Position numbers and translations under genes: made by a program | In this document: positions 41,142 to 51,305 of the stretch, one piece after another | Layout of the letters: each line of letters opens with the position of its first letter | How positions within the stretch are numbered: the stretch's first letter is position 1 | The notes under the pieces: generated by a model | What the model saw: the letters and a program-made list of their open reading frames with translations, nothing else | Databases searched by the model: none | Told to the model about the DNA's origin: nothing | DNA from: Candidatus Binatia bacterium | Lineage (GTDB): Bacteria > Desulfobacterota > Binatia > UBA9968 > CAXXLF01 | Direction: 5' to 3' | DNA length: 64,000 bases | Assembly: GCA_963664015.2 (NCBI GenBank) | Contig: CAXXLF010000002.1 | Location: 1,504,001 to 1,568,000 of the forward strand

Positions 41142-42881
41142 ATGCTAACCCGAACTCAGGAACAACATCTTCCGGTTGTCCACGTGCCGGCAATCGGCAC
41201 GTTTGTCATGGCGGTGATCCTCCTCACCTTGGGCTTCTATTTTTTGTATCCTATCTTTCTGATTGGATTAAACAGCTTCAACACGACCAATAGTCTTCTG
41301 GCAACTCCTGCCTATGGGCTGGATAACTGGCGCAGCGCATTCAGCCAGCCCGACCTATTTAAAGCGGTCGGCAACACCTTTCTCATCTTCGGCATTCAAC
41401 TGGCTATCGGTTTTCCCATAGCTGTCGTTATTGCATGGTCGCTTGCGCGAGTGCGTATGCCCTTCACCTATGGTCTGGAGTTCCTCTTCTGGGTGGCGTA
41501 CCTCGTTCCAACTATATCCATTACTATCGGTTGGATGCTCCTCATGGATCCAGTCCTTGGGTTCCTCAACCGGACCGTCACCTGGCTTCCTTTCTTTGAC
41601 AGCGGACCTTTCAACATCTTCAGCGTCCCGGGCATCATCTGGGTCCACATTGTGGGGAGCACTATTCCCTCAGGCGTGATCCTGCTCACCCCCGCCTTTA
41701 GAAACATGGACGCGGCATTAGAAGAAGCGGCTCGCGTCTCCGGCTCATCGAGCCTTCGGACGATGCTACGAGTTACGCTACCGGTTATGATTCCGCCCAT
41801 GGTGGCAGTTTTTACGTTGCGGCTGGTGCGAATGTTCGAGTCCTTTGAGACGGAGCAGCTACTCGGTGTCCCATTCGGCTTTTTCGTCTATGCAACCAAA
41901 ATCTTCGAGCTGGCTCGTGACACTCCACCCCAATTCGGCTCGGCGACGGCACTCGGCAGCATTACGCTGCTCCTGGTGGCACTCATCATCCCCATCCAGC
42001 GATGGCTCCTTACCAGAAGGCGCTATACCACCGTTACTGGGAGTTTTAAGCCCGGGCGAATCGACCTGGGCCCCTGGAGGTGGGTGATCTTCGGCTCAAT
42101 TATCATCGTATTGGTGCTGCTCATTGTCGCGCCGGTTCTCAGCCTGCTCCTCGGAAGCTTCATGCGTCGAGCGGGGATTTTCATCCTGAAGCCAACCTAC
42201 ACCTTGCACCACTGGCAATTCGTCCTGACCGACCCGGTATTCTTGAACTCACTCAAGAATACGTTGTGGCTCGCCACAACGGCGGCCGTATTCAGCCCAT
42301 TGTTGTTTTCCATGCTTGCTTACATCATCGTACGGACAAAGTGGATTGGCCGCGAGGTGCTTGACAGCCTGATCTGGATCTCAGGGGTTATCCCAGGCAT
42401 GCTCGCTGGGCTCGGCCTGCTGTGGATGTTCGTGGGAACGGCGTTCCTCCGCCCCCTGTACGGAACGCTGCTCCCCTTGATCATCGTTGTTATCATTCAG
42501 GGCAACACGACTGGTGTGCAGATCTCGAAGGCCTTCTTTTACCAGATGGGTGCAGACCTGGAAGAACAGGCCAGGGTATCCGGTGCAGGATGGTGGGCTA
42601 CCTATTTCAAAATCTGGCTCCGCCTGATGATGCCGACCCTGGTATTGTTGGCAGTAATGAACTTCATGTTTGCTGCGACGACCACAAGCAGTATCATCCT
42701 GCTGGCACCACGGGGCACTATGACGCTGTCGATCCTGGCCCTGGAGTTTGCAGCCCCGGGAGTCGGCTTACGTGAATCGGCAGGAATTGTGAGCCTGATT
42801 TCCCTGTTCATGGCGGTAGGCATGGCGCTGGTAGCAAGAGCCTTCGGACTGCGATTTGGCATCCGTGAGAGGAAATACTGA
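41142..42881 (+). CDS. FbpB-like ABC transporter permease (two TM domains)
   Basis: Two EAA loops (LEEAARVSG, LEEQARVSG) and many TM segments. Confidence 0.92.
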   Translation: MLTRTQEQHLPVVHVPAIGTFVMAVILLTLGFYFLYPIFLIGLNSFNTTNSLLATPAYGLDNWRSAFSQPDLFKAVGNTFLIFGIQLAIGFPIAVVIAWSLARVRMPFTYGLEFLFWVAYLVPTISITIGWMLLMDPVLGFLNRTVTWLPFFDSGPFNIFSVPGIIWVHIVGSTIPSGVILLTPAFRNMDAALEEAARVSGSSSLRTMLRVTLPVMIPPMVAVFTLRLVRMFESFETEQLLGVPFGFFVYATKIFELARDTPPQFGSATALGSITLLLVALIIPIQRWLLTRRRYTTVTGSFKPGRIDLGPWRWVIFGSIIIVLVLLIVAPVLSLLLGSFMRRAGIFILKPTYTLHHWQFVLTDPVFLNSLKNTLWLATTAAVFSPLLFSMLAYIIVRTKWIGREVLDSLIWISGVIPGMLAGLGLLWMFVGTAFLRPLYGTLLPLIIVVIIQGNTTGVQISKAFFYQMGADLEEQARVSGAGWWATYFKIWLRLMMPTLVLLAVMNFMFAATTTSSIILLAPRGTMTLSILALEFAAPGVGLRESAGIVSLISLFMAVGMALVARAFGLRFGIRERKY

Positions 42882-43258
42882 GATCCCCACGGATAAAGCA
42901 AAGCGCAAAGAGCAGAGCGCAAAGCGTTAAGATGGGACAACGGACGACTGACTACGGGACGAGGGGGGAAAGAGGGACAGTCGGCAGTGAACAGATGGCA
43001 GGATGATGGCTATCAGTAGTCAGTTTTCAGCGATCAGTAAAGAAATAGTACGAAGCTAGGGAGGAGCACAGGGACAAGGTAAATCGCCGCCGGAGCTCTT
43101 TTTTTATATTTTAAAAGAAAGGTATTTGTTTTATGGCTAGCCCGGACTCTGCATGAATGGGGCGTTGGGACAGCCAACCTGTGGTTGGCCGGGGCACGTC
43201 GCGTCTGCGGCGTGCCCATTTTTATGTTAGCATAGAATTCGAATGGTTTGGTCACACG

Positions 43259-43798
43259 TCATTTTGGAAACGTAAGCGCGATACCAAGAGATATTGGTTT
43301 ATCGCCGATGCTCAAAACCGTTCTTGCGTCTGACAACTCCCAGGACGAGAGCTTTTCTTTCGAATATCCTTTTGTTGTGGCGGTATCCGACGAGCCAGCC
43401 TTGGTCAATTTGATGACGTAATTTTCATTGCTTCCGTCGCTCAGAGTTACCGAGAGAGCCATTTGCTTGCCTTCTTCTGTCGCCACTGTTTGCAGTGAGG
43501 CAATTTGAGTCCAGGCTGTTGTCCTGTTCACGGTATCGAAGTACATCCACAAGTGTGACCCAATAAATGCGAAAAGCAGCAACCAAGCATACTGACCAAC
43601 CCTCTGCTGTTTTTTCATATACCGAAATTTATGTAGGTCGAAAACTTTGCGGTACGTTTTTCTATCGGCTTCCAATTTCTTAGCAGGACTTTCCTCCACC
43701 GAACTCACCGGTTCTTCAATTTTAGATCCGAGACTGTTCAGTATCATCCCCACGATTATCAACACCAATGGGATACCGATCACTAGAAATGGATTCAT
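43259..43798 (-). CDS. Hypothetical membrane protein
   Basis: AAGGAG RBS, two hydrophobic segments and lower GC content. Confidence 0.7.
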   Translation of the reverse strand: MNPFLVIGIPLVLIIVGMILNSLGSKIEEPVSSVEESPAKKLEADRKTYRKVFDLHKFRYMKKQQRVGQYAWLLLFAFIGSHLWMYFDTVNRTTAWTQIASLQTVATEEGKQMALSVTLSDGSNENYVIKLTKAGSSDTATTKGYSKEKLSSWELSDARTVLSIGDKPISLGIALTFPK

Positions 43799-44110
43799 TA
43801 TGCTCTCCTTGTTAGGGGCTCTGGAAGGCCCTTGGATTTAGGAAGAGGGAGGGGGTCAGGATCTAGGATCCAAACATCCGTGGGGGGAACCAAAGCCAAA
43901 GGTCTTGCAATCGTTGAACTTATGGCCTGGCCTTCTGCCTCTTACGCGCCGTTAGGACGAAGAAATTATGTCAAAGAAACTCTATAGGACTGGACTCACC
44001 TTAGCAAGGGGGATATTGCGGAGGACATAAGGGGTCAGGCCGGGAAATCTTGACCATCTTTACGAGTTCATTGAAAGCTTCCCTAGCTATATTATCACCC
44101 AGAGATTGGC

Positions 44111-45147
44111 TCACTCAAAATTTGCTACCTTCTTCGGTACAATCTCCGCTGGAATCATATCTTTGGGTATATCTATGCGGAGTGAGTTAGCTTTGGCAAT
44201 TTTCTGCCAGGCAAGCTGACCCTCACGGGAGAGAGTCCAATTGATGTAGGCACGAGCCGCATTGGGGTGCGGAGCATTTTTAAAAAAACTTATGTGGCCT
44301 GAACGTGTCGACATAGCACCCGCCTTTTTTTGACTATAGAGTGGACGAACGGGAAGCCCCTGCTTCATAGCTTTCTCAATGTTTGTTGTTTTGGCCATGA
44401 TATGAATCGGATACTTCCCTTAACCTAGCCAATCCATCCTCTGACGCTCGTCAACGGAAAATCTAACATCCATTTCTTCAATGAATCGCTTGATGAATCT
44501 GGGTCCGAGGTCGGAACTGTAGTAGAGAATTCTCCAGTTCCCAACGTTGCCCCTTGCCTTTGGATCTGTCATTACGATTTTCCCTTTCCACTTGGGATCC
44601 AGTAGATCCCACCAAGATCGGACTTCACCGGGCCGGAGGAGATGGGTATTGTACGCCCCCATGAGGACTGAAACGTCGCCCAGCATCGCAAAAACATATC
44701 GTTTTTCGGGATCCGCATAGTGGTGCCGTTTCTGCCACCAGAGAGAGACATCTTTGACCTCGGCTAGGATAAAAGCAGAGCTTATTGGCTCCAGATGGCC
44801 TGCTCTATAATATTCCTGCATCTGGGTTCCTGATCCCGCGATGGCTATGTCAACCAGATGCTTGTTGGCTCTTTGCTCGGCCATGATCCGCGGACCCAAT
44901 TGACTTCCCCCTCCACCGGTAAAATCGAGCCTGATTTTAGGATATGCCTTCTCAAATGACCTAATGGCAGCACGCCACGGAGACCGCGCTTGACCATAAA
45001 TACTGACGCGCCCTTCTTTGTGGCGACCGCAACTGTTTCTTCCCACTTGGCTTTTGACCCAGACTCGGCCCAACTGGCTTGAGCCCCAATGAAGAATATG
45101 AGTAGTGGGATACTCCATCCAACATGACCTAAAAGTAATCTCTTCAT
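44111..45147 (-). pseudogene. ABC substrate-binding protein with frameshift and stop
   Basis: Signal peptide plus KWEETV, then LLDPKWKGK, TAA at 44420 and APHPNAARAYINW. Confidence 0.85.
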
Positions 45148-45378
45148 TGGTTCCTCCTAAACAAATTGCAGATACGGACAGGAGTCCCCGTTTCTCAATC
45201 ACGGGCTTACTTCTCCGACAGTAGGGAAGAACACGATATCTACTTTTTCAGGGTAGAGTCAAACTTTTAAGGCAGAATTTCGGCTCCCTGCTGCATGGGA
45301 ACTTTTGCGGTATCTGCTACCATGTGTCTAAATGGCAAAGGGTAAGGGTCCGGCAATGCATCCAATTGAGGAGGTTAA

Positions 45379-45930
45379 TTGAAACCTGCCATATCGAACG
45401 AGCCTCACGCTCCCAATCCTAGCTGGGCCCGTTGGACCCGGATCCCCTTTCCGTCTTACCGCTACGTGCCGGGAATCCCCCCCCATCCGCACCGGGATGC
45501 TGAAGGACATAGTTACGGAAAAAGGGAGGAAGTCCATCGACCCTGGAGTCCGCAAGAGTGGCGAACTCTGGAGCGATATCTCTATGGGATCGATCTTTAC
45601 AACTACGGCTACTTTTGGGAGGCCCATGAGTCCCTGGAATCTCTCTGGAAAGCCGCCCAGCGGGACAGGATCCAGGGCCGCTTCATCCAGGGCCTCATTC
45701 AAATCGCGGCAGCAAACCTCCACCGACACATGGGCCACAAAATAAATTCACTGCGACAGGCGGAAAAGGGACTAACTCACCTTGGAGCAGCGCTCCGTGA
45801 GGGACCCATCTATATGGGCATTGCTATTGAAGAGTTCTCCCACCGGGCCCGCGCCTACGCCGGTGGTAGGATTCTGACGCCGCCGCCCATTGAACTCATT
45901 TCCGATGACGGGGGAGACGCCGTTCCGTAA
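45379..45930 (+). CDS. DUF309 domain protein
   Basis: GIDLYNYGYFWEAHESLESLW and QGLIQIAAA motifs. Confidence 0.85.
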   Translation: MKPAISNEPHAPNPSWARWTRIPFPSYRYVPGIPPHPHRDAEGHSYGKREEVHRPWSPQEWRTLERYLYGIDLYNYGYFWEAHESLESLWKAAQRDRIQGRFIQGLIQIAAANLHRHMGHKINSLRQAEKGLTHLGAALREGPIYMGIAIEEFSHRARAYAGGRILTPPPIELISDDGGDAVP

Positions 45931-46021
45931 CATACCTTAGAAGGTCGGGTTCAAGAATACGCAACTCGCACAAGCCGTGCCCTCCCACGATTGGTAAGCC
46001 TGGAGACGAAGAGATTGGGTT

Positions 46022-46654
46022 ATGCTTAAAACGTCTGAAGATTTCGATAAAATCGAAGCCGTTACCCTCGGCCATTACGATCAAAATGCCGCTTCCTTTT
46101 GGGAGGGGACGAAAGACCACGATGTGGCTCAAAACTATAAGGAATTTTTAGCGCTGTTCCCGGAGGGAAAAATCCTGGACATCTTGGACTTCGGGTGCGG
46201 CCCCGGGAGAGATGTCCAATATTTCCAAAACCTAGGCCACCGACCGGTGGGCTTGGATGGCAGTGCCATCTTCTGCAATATGGCTCGCCGATACACTCAC
46301 TGCGAGATCCTTAATCAAAAGTTTCTTAGCCTGCGGCTACCGCACCAGGCCTTCGACGGCGTCTTCGCTAACGCCTCTCTTTTTCACGTTCCCAGACAGG
46401 AACTGTCGCGGATTCTTGGTGAATTACACGAGGCCTTACGGCCCGGAGGAATTTTATTTTCATCCAATCCCCGAGGGGATGGCGAGGGTTGGTCCGGGCA
46501 ACGCTATGGCCATTATATGGAATTGGATGCAAGCAAGGCTTACCTGGAGAAGGCAGACTTTGAAGTGATAAAACACTACTATCGTCCCTCCGGTAAGCCA
46601 AGATCTGAGCAACCGTGGTTGGCCATTGTGAGCCAACGTCTCGAAATAAAATAG
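46022..46654 (+). CDS. Class I SAM-dependent methyltransferase
   Basis: ILDFGCGPGRD, FDGVFANASLFHVP and LRPGG motifs. Confidence 0.9.
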   Translation: MLKTSEDFDKIEAVTLGHYDQNAASFWEGTKDHDVAQNYKEFLALFPEGKILDILDFGCGPGRDVQYFQNLGHRPVGLDGSAIFCNMARRYTHCEILNQKFLSLRLPHQAFDGVFANASLFHVPRQELSRILGELHEALRPGGILFSSNPRGDGEGWSGQRYGHYMELDASKAYLEKADFEVIKHYYRPSGKPRSEQPWLAIVSQRLEIK

Positions 46655-46904
46655 CAGAGCATTAAGATTGGACAACCGACCACGGCCGACAGGGCTACGA
46701 GGCCAAAGAATGACAGTCAGCAGCAGGCAGAGGGCAGCAAGTAGAAGAGAGCTATCAGCCATCAGCCAGATAGGAAAGACAGGGAGCAGTATGCAATGGA
46801 CAACAGGATAAAGCACCGGGACGAGGCAACACGCCGCCGGTACATTTTGGATTTCTTAGCAGTAAAAAGAGAACCGGTTGATCGCAAGACCTAACTCGGC
46901 ATAC

Positions 46905-46960
46905 ACCCCAATTGACAAGCTCATCATTCTGGGTCTAGAATACCTGCCGATCAGAGAGGG
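46905..46960 (+). promoter_or_regulatory. Recurring promoter module, copy C
   Basis: CCCCAA-TTGACA-18-TAGAAT-ACCTGCCGATCA. Confidence 0.7.
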
Positions 46961-47134
46961 CAACAGTTTACAGCGTGCAGAAGGCAATGGGCAGGAATTC
47001 CGTGACGATGGACAACCGACTACTGACTTCTAGGCCAAAGAAAGAGAGTAGGCAGCAAGAAAGCTATCAGCCAAATTAGAATGACGATTACCAAACGCAG
47101 GACACAGGACAAAACAGGAATCAGGAGGTAGAGC

Positions 47135-48169
47135 ATGGCGACTATTGATGCAGACAGTCATGTGATCGAAACGGAAGCCACATGGCAGTATATGGAAGGC
47201 CCCGACACCCAATATAAACCTCTTTCCGTCGTCTCACGGACAGACCCTCCCAAAGAGTTTTGGCTTATTGACGGGAAAGCGCGTTCGAGGGGCGGCAACG
47301 TAGGCCGTGATGCCTTGAAGACGTGCCGGGAACTGTCGGACGTCGCTGCACGACTGCGCCATATGGATGAACTTGGAACAGATATCCAGGTACTGTACCC
47401 GTCGATTTGGACCAGTGTTATCTTTAGCCATCCTGAACTCGAGCTCGCAATATGCCGGAGCTACAACCGATGGCTCGGTGAGGCTTGGCGACAGGGAAAA
47501 GGGCGACTGCGATGGGTCGCTGTGATGCCTCTCATGAGCATGGACAAAGCGATCGAAGAATTGAACATTGCAAAGGACAACGGCGCATGCGGTCTACTTC
47601 ACCGCGGCTTCGAGGGCAATCGGCATCCTTCCGATCCTTACTTCTTCCCGTTGTATGAGGAGGCAAGTCGTTTGAATATGCCCGTCTGTTTCCATGCGGG
47701 CATCGGCTCCCCTGAGCTGCTCGAATTCTACAACAAGGCTCCCGGTGGAGGAAGCTTCATGAAATTCAAGCTTCCCGTGATCAGTGCTTTTGAGACTATC
47801 GTTTCCGGTGGAATCCCGGCCCGGTTTCCCGACCTCAGGTTCGCCTTTGTGGAGGTCAGTGCACAGTGGATCCCCTACCTCATGCACTCCTTCGGCCGCG
47901 CCCGAGGGGAGCACTCGCGCAAGAGCGAGATCCCCTATGAGCTATTTCGGGAAAACCGGCTTTACGTTGCTTGTCAGATGGACGATGATCTCCCAAATGT
48001 GGTGAAATATGCTGGCGAAGACAACATTGTGTTGGGTACGGATTACGGACACTCGGACAGTTCCTCGGATTTAGAAGCCCTGCAAACACTACGTAATGAG
48101 TGCCCCGTGTCTCGAGACGCTGTTGGAAAAATCCTCGACGCGAATCCCAGAGCCTTGTACGCCCTTTAG
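47135..48169 (+). CDS. Amidohydrolase_2 family protein
   Basis: IDADSHVIE and GTDYGHSD motifs; close paralog of 33765-34814. Confidence 0.9.
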   Translation: MATIDADSHVIETEATWQYMEGPDTQYKPLSVVSRTDPPKEFWLIDGKARSRGGNVGRDALKTCRELSDVAARLRHMDELGTDIQVLYPSIWTSVIFSHPELELAICRSYNRWLGEAWRQGKGRLRWVAVMPLMSMDKAIEELNIAKDNGACGLLHRGFEGNRHPSDPYFFPLYEEASRLNMPVCFHAGIGSPELLEFYNKAPGGGSFMKFKLPVISAFETIVSGGIPARFPDLRFAFVEVSAQWIPYLMHSFGRARGEHSRKSEIPYELFRENRLYVACQMDDDLPNVVKYAGEDNIVLGTDYGHSDSSSDLEALQTLRNECPVSRDAVGKILDANPRALYAL

Positions 48170-48437
48170 CTGGTACCTTAATAGATACTCACTTTTTGGA
48201 AGGTTTCATGGCCTGGCGCATGGGCGTGGCACCGGCAGCTGAAAATGGTTCCGTCAGGGTGAACAATGGTGTCTTTTCAAGGAGTTAGCGTTTTGGCTTC
48301 ATAGCTGTGGAAGCGTATTGTTATAGTAATTCTGCTGGTCTTTGCCGTGCTGGGACTCGATCGTACGGTAGCCCTGCTCCCCGACAAATGGGTCGAATCT
48401 TTAATTGACTGTTAACCTGCCCTTCCCTACCCGCCAC

Positions 48438-48475
48438 CACCCCAATTGACAATCTCGCCCCGGCGGGCATAAGAT
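48438..48475 (+). promoter_or_regulatory. Recurring promoter module, copy D
   Basis: CCCCAA-TTGACA-18-TAAGAT. Confidence 0.7.
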
Positions 48476-48672
48476 AACTGTTCACTCTCAGGCGCAAGGG
48501 AAAGAATCGAAACTGCATTTCGTGTTCGTGGGCGTGAATCATGGACATGGCAAAGGTAAAGATATCAATGCGCGAGAAACAGTGTAACTCCGGCTCCTAC
48601 CTCGGTATCGAGCGAGTTTCAACCAGAGTAATAAAAGACCTTCATCCCACTTAGAAAAGGTAACTATCGACG

Positions 48673-50925
48673 ATGTGGCATACCATCGGCCGGGCGCTTC
48701 CCAGAGTGGAAGGAGCCTCAAAAGTAGAAGGGACGTGTGTTTACACGGCGGATGTTATAAGGCCATCCGCGCTTTGGGGCAAATTTCTCCGGAGCCCCCT
48801 CCCCCACGCGCGAATCCTGAGTATCGATGTGAGCCAGGCCCTTCGCCTTCCGGGAGTAAAGGCGATTGTCACCGGAAAGGATATTTCACCGCGACTGGAA
48901 GGATATACACTACAGGACAAACCTGTATTTGCCTTGGACCGAGTACGCTACATTGGGGAGAAGGTCGCGGGAGTTGCGGCTATTGATAAAGACATTGCGG
49001 AAGAGGCCCTCACGCTTATTGACGTGAATTACGAAGAACTGCCGACGGTCTTCGACCCTGTGGAGGCGTTGAAGCCCGAGGCCCCGCTGCTTCACCCCAA
49101 ATATGCGTCGTATCTTGGTCCTCCCAACATGGCACCCCAATTGAGAAATGTTCAGACTGTTATCTCCACGTCAAAGGGAGACATCGCGGCGGGGTTCGCT
49201 GCGTCCGACAGGATTTTTGAAAATACTTTTAGAACTCATATGGTGCACCAGGGTTTTATCGAACCTCGAGCCTGTGTCGTGGAAATAGATAAAGACGGAC
49301 GAATCATGGTTTGGTTCGGGCATCAATCGAGTTTCAAAGTGCGCAGTTGGCTGGCCACCCACATCGGCATCGCCGAGGAAAGGATCGTTGTTCATCCGGT
49401 AAATCTGGGAGGTTCCTTCGGAGGGAAAGAGGGATATGAAGATGCTCTGTGCACCTATTATTTGGCCAAGGCCTCGGGCCGGCCGGTAAAGGTCGTCTCC
49501 ACCTATACGGAGGAGCTGATCGACGGCGAGCCGCGCCACGCTGCCGTAATTACTCTGAGGACAGGGATAAAAAACGATGGGCGGCTGTGGGCCTGGGACG
49601 GGAAAATCCATTACGACGGGGGCGCCTACGCAGCGCGCAAGCCCAGCCCCAGAGCCAACATGAACGGGACCTTCATGCTCGCCGGATCCTACTCCATCCC
49701 CCATACAAAGATGGAGGGGTACGCGGTGTATACCAATCGGATTCCCTGCGGGTACTTCCGTGCACCCGGCGAGGTGCAGACCTTGTTCGCGGTCGAATCC
49801 CATATGGACATGATAGCGGAAACTATGGGGATCGATCCTTTAGAGTTCCGCCTGCGTAACGCCCTCAAGGGAGGCGATACCAGGAGCACGGGAGAATCCA
49901 TCTCTGACCCCCGGGCTCAGGAAACGTTGCAGCAGGTTGCCAAGTCATCGCACTGGAATGGACACGTTCGTGGCAAAACAAATGGACAAAAGCTGGCAGG
50001 CCGTGGATGGGCCTTTGGTGATCGTCATGTAGGGCACGGAGAGTCCAGCAGCGAATTGTTTTTAGAGAAGGACGGAACTCTCTGCTTGACGACGTCCGTC
50101 AGGGACCAGGGCGTCGGCGCTTACACCATGCATCGTCAGGTTGCTGCCGAGGTTCTTGGAATCAATCCGAATCTGATTCGGGTCGAAATCAAGGGTACCG
50201 ACACGGGCCCCTATGACGAAGGAGTGAGAGGGGCAAGGGGAACCCATGTCGAAGGCCAAGCGGTTTTCCGGGCCGCCCAAGCCCTCATCAAGAGACTTTG
50301 CGAAGAGAGCGCCTCCCTGTGGAAAGTGAGGCCTGAGAAGGTGGAGTGGAAGGACGGAAAGGCTGGGTTATCGAAAGGGAAGTCTCGGAAAACCATGGGC
50401 TTGAAAGGAATCGCCCGGAACTGCGACGTACCCATCTGCGGTTTCGGCCACTTCAAGGCTGAGACAAAGCCGGACGTTTATTCCTTCCAGGCTATCGTAG
50501 CTGATGTGGAAGTGGACAGTGAGACGGGAGAGATTGATGTGCAAAAACTCTACTTCGCCTATGATGTAACCCAAGTCATCAATCCAATCATTCACCAGGG
50601 CCAGATCGAAGGAGCGATTATCCAGGGTTTGGGATTTACCGTAATGGAAGAGATGGCCGTGGACGAGGGGCGGATCCTGACTTTGAATCTGGGTGACTAC
50701 AAGATCCCCACGATCAAGGATATCCCTCGCCTAGCAACGACACTGGTCCAGGCCGATCAGGGGCCTGGTCCCTTTGGGACAAAGGCTGTGGCGGAAGCGG
50801 GAATCAGCATCATCGCACCGGCCATTGCCAATGCCGTATACGACGCCACAGGGGTACGGATTTTCGAGACGCCGATTACGCCTGAGAAGATTCTCACTGG
50901 ATTAGCATCCCGTGCCATATCTTAA
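48673..50925 (+). CDS. Xanthine dehydrogenase family molybdopterin-binding subunit
   Basis: RSPLPHARI, GGSFGGK, GYFRAPG, GQIEG.I.QG.G and KAVAE motifs. Confidence 0.92.
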   Translation: MWHTIGRALPRVEGASKVEGTCVYTADVIRPSALWGKFLRSPLPHARILSIDVSQALRLPGVKAIVTGKDISPRLEGYTLQDKPVFALDRVRYIGEKVAGVAAIDKDIAEEALTLIDVNYEELPTVFDPVEALKPEAPLLHPKYASYLGPPNMAPQLRNVQTVISTSKGDIAAGFAASDRIFENTFRTHMVHQGFIEPRACVVEIDKDGRIMVWFGHQSSFKVRSWLATHIGIAEERIVVHPVNLGGSFGGKEGYEDALCTYYLAKASGRPVKVVSTYTEELIDGEPRHAAVITLRTGIKNDGRLWAWDGKIHYDGGAYAARKPSPRANMNGTFMLAGSYSIPHTKMEGYAVYTNRIPCGYFRAPGEVQTLFAVESHMDMIAETMGIDPLEFRLRNALKGGDTRSTGESISDPRAQETLQQVAKSSHWNGHVRGKTNGQKLAGRGWAFGDRHVGHGESSSELFLEKDGTLCLTTSVRDQGVGAYTMHRQVAAEVLGINPNLIRVEIKGTDTGPYDEGVRGARGTHVEGQAVFRAAQALIKRLCEESASLWKVRPEKVEWKDGKAGLSKGKSRKTMGLKGIARNCDVPICGFGHFKAETKPDVYSFQAIVADVEVDSETGEIDVQKLYFAYDVTQVINPIIHQGQIEGAIIQGLGFTVMEEMAVDEGRILTLNLGDYKIPTIKDIPRLATTLVQADQGPGPFGTKAVAEAGISIIAPAIANAVYDATGVRIFETPITPEKILTGLASRAIS

Positions 50926-51012
50926 CGGAACCCACGGGCAAATCTTTTTTGACAGTTCGCCTCAACTATAGATTTTTATTCAAAACTCCCGCCCTTCCCT
51001 GACTACCATCAA

Positions 51013-51051
51013 CCCAATTGACAAAGCTCCCCCACCAGGCATAGAATGCCC
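51013..51051 (+). promoter_or_regulatory. Recurring promoter module, copy E
   Basis: CCCAA-TTGACA-18-TAGAAT-GCC. Confidence 0.75.
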
Positions 51052-51130
51052 GCGACTAGACGACCCGTTACTACTGAGCAAAGCGCATAGGCCACGGCGC
51101 CGAATGACAAGACCAGATAGCAACCGGTTC

Positions 51131-51172
51131 AGGCACCGGGACAAGGCGACAGGCCACCGGTGCCTTTTGTTT
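51131..51172 (+). terminator. Terminator-like hairpin; best copy of a five-copy family
   Basis: AGGCACCGG-17 nt-CCGGTGCCT-TTTGTTT. Relatives at 28573, 38304, 43066 and 46813. Confidence 0.65.
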
Positions 51173-51305
51173 GGGGGTGGTTCGAATAGCACGTACGGTG
51201 GTAGGTCCGTTGGTCTCTTAACGTAAGACAAGGGGGATTGATGAGGCTACTCCCAGATGTGCAAGGCTCGCTTACCGCCATGCAAAAGAAGAAGGAGGAG
51301 ATGCC

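Noticed and set aside
48673-50925. Orphan molybdoenzyme large subunit as a novelty
   Set aside because: Stand-alone large subunits are common, and the partners may be encoded elsewhere.
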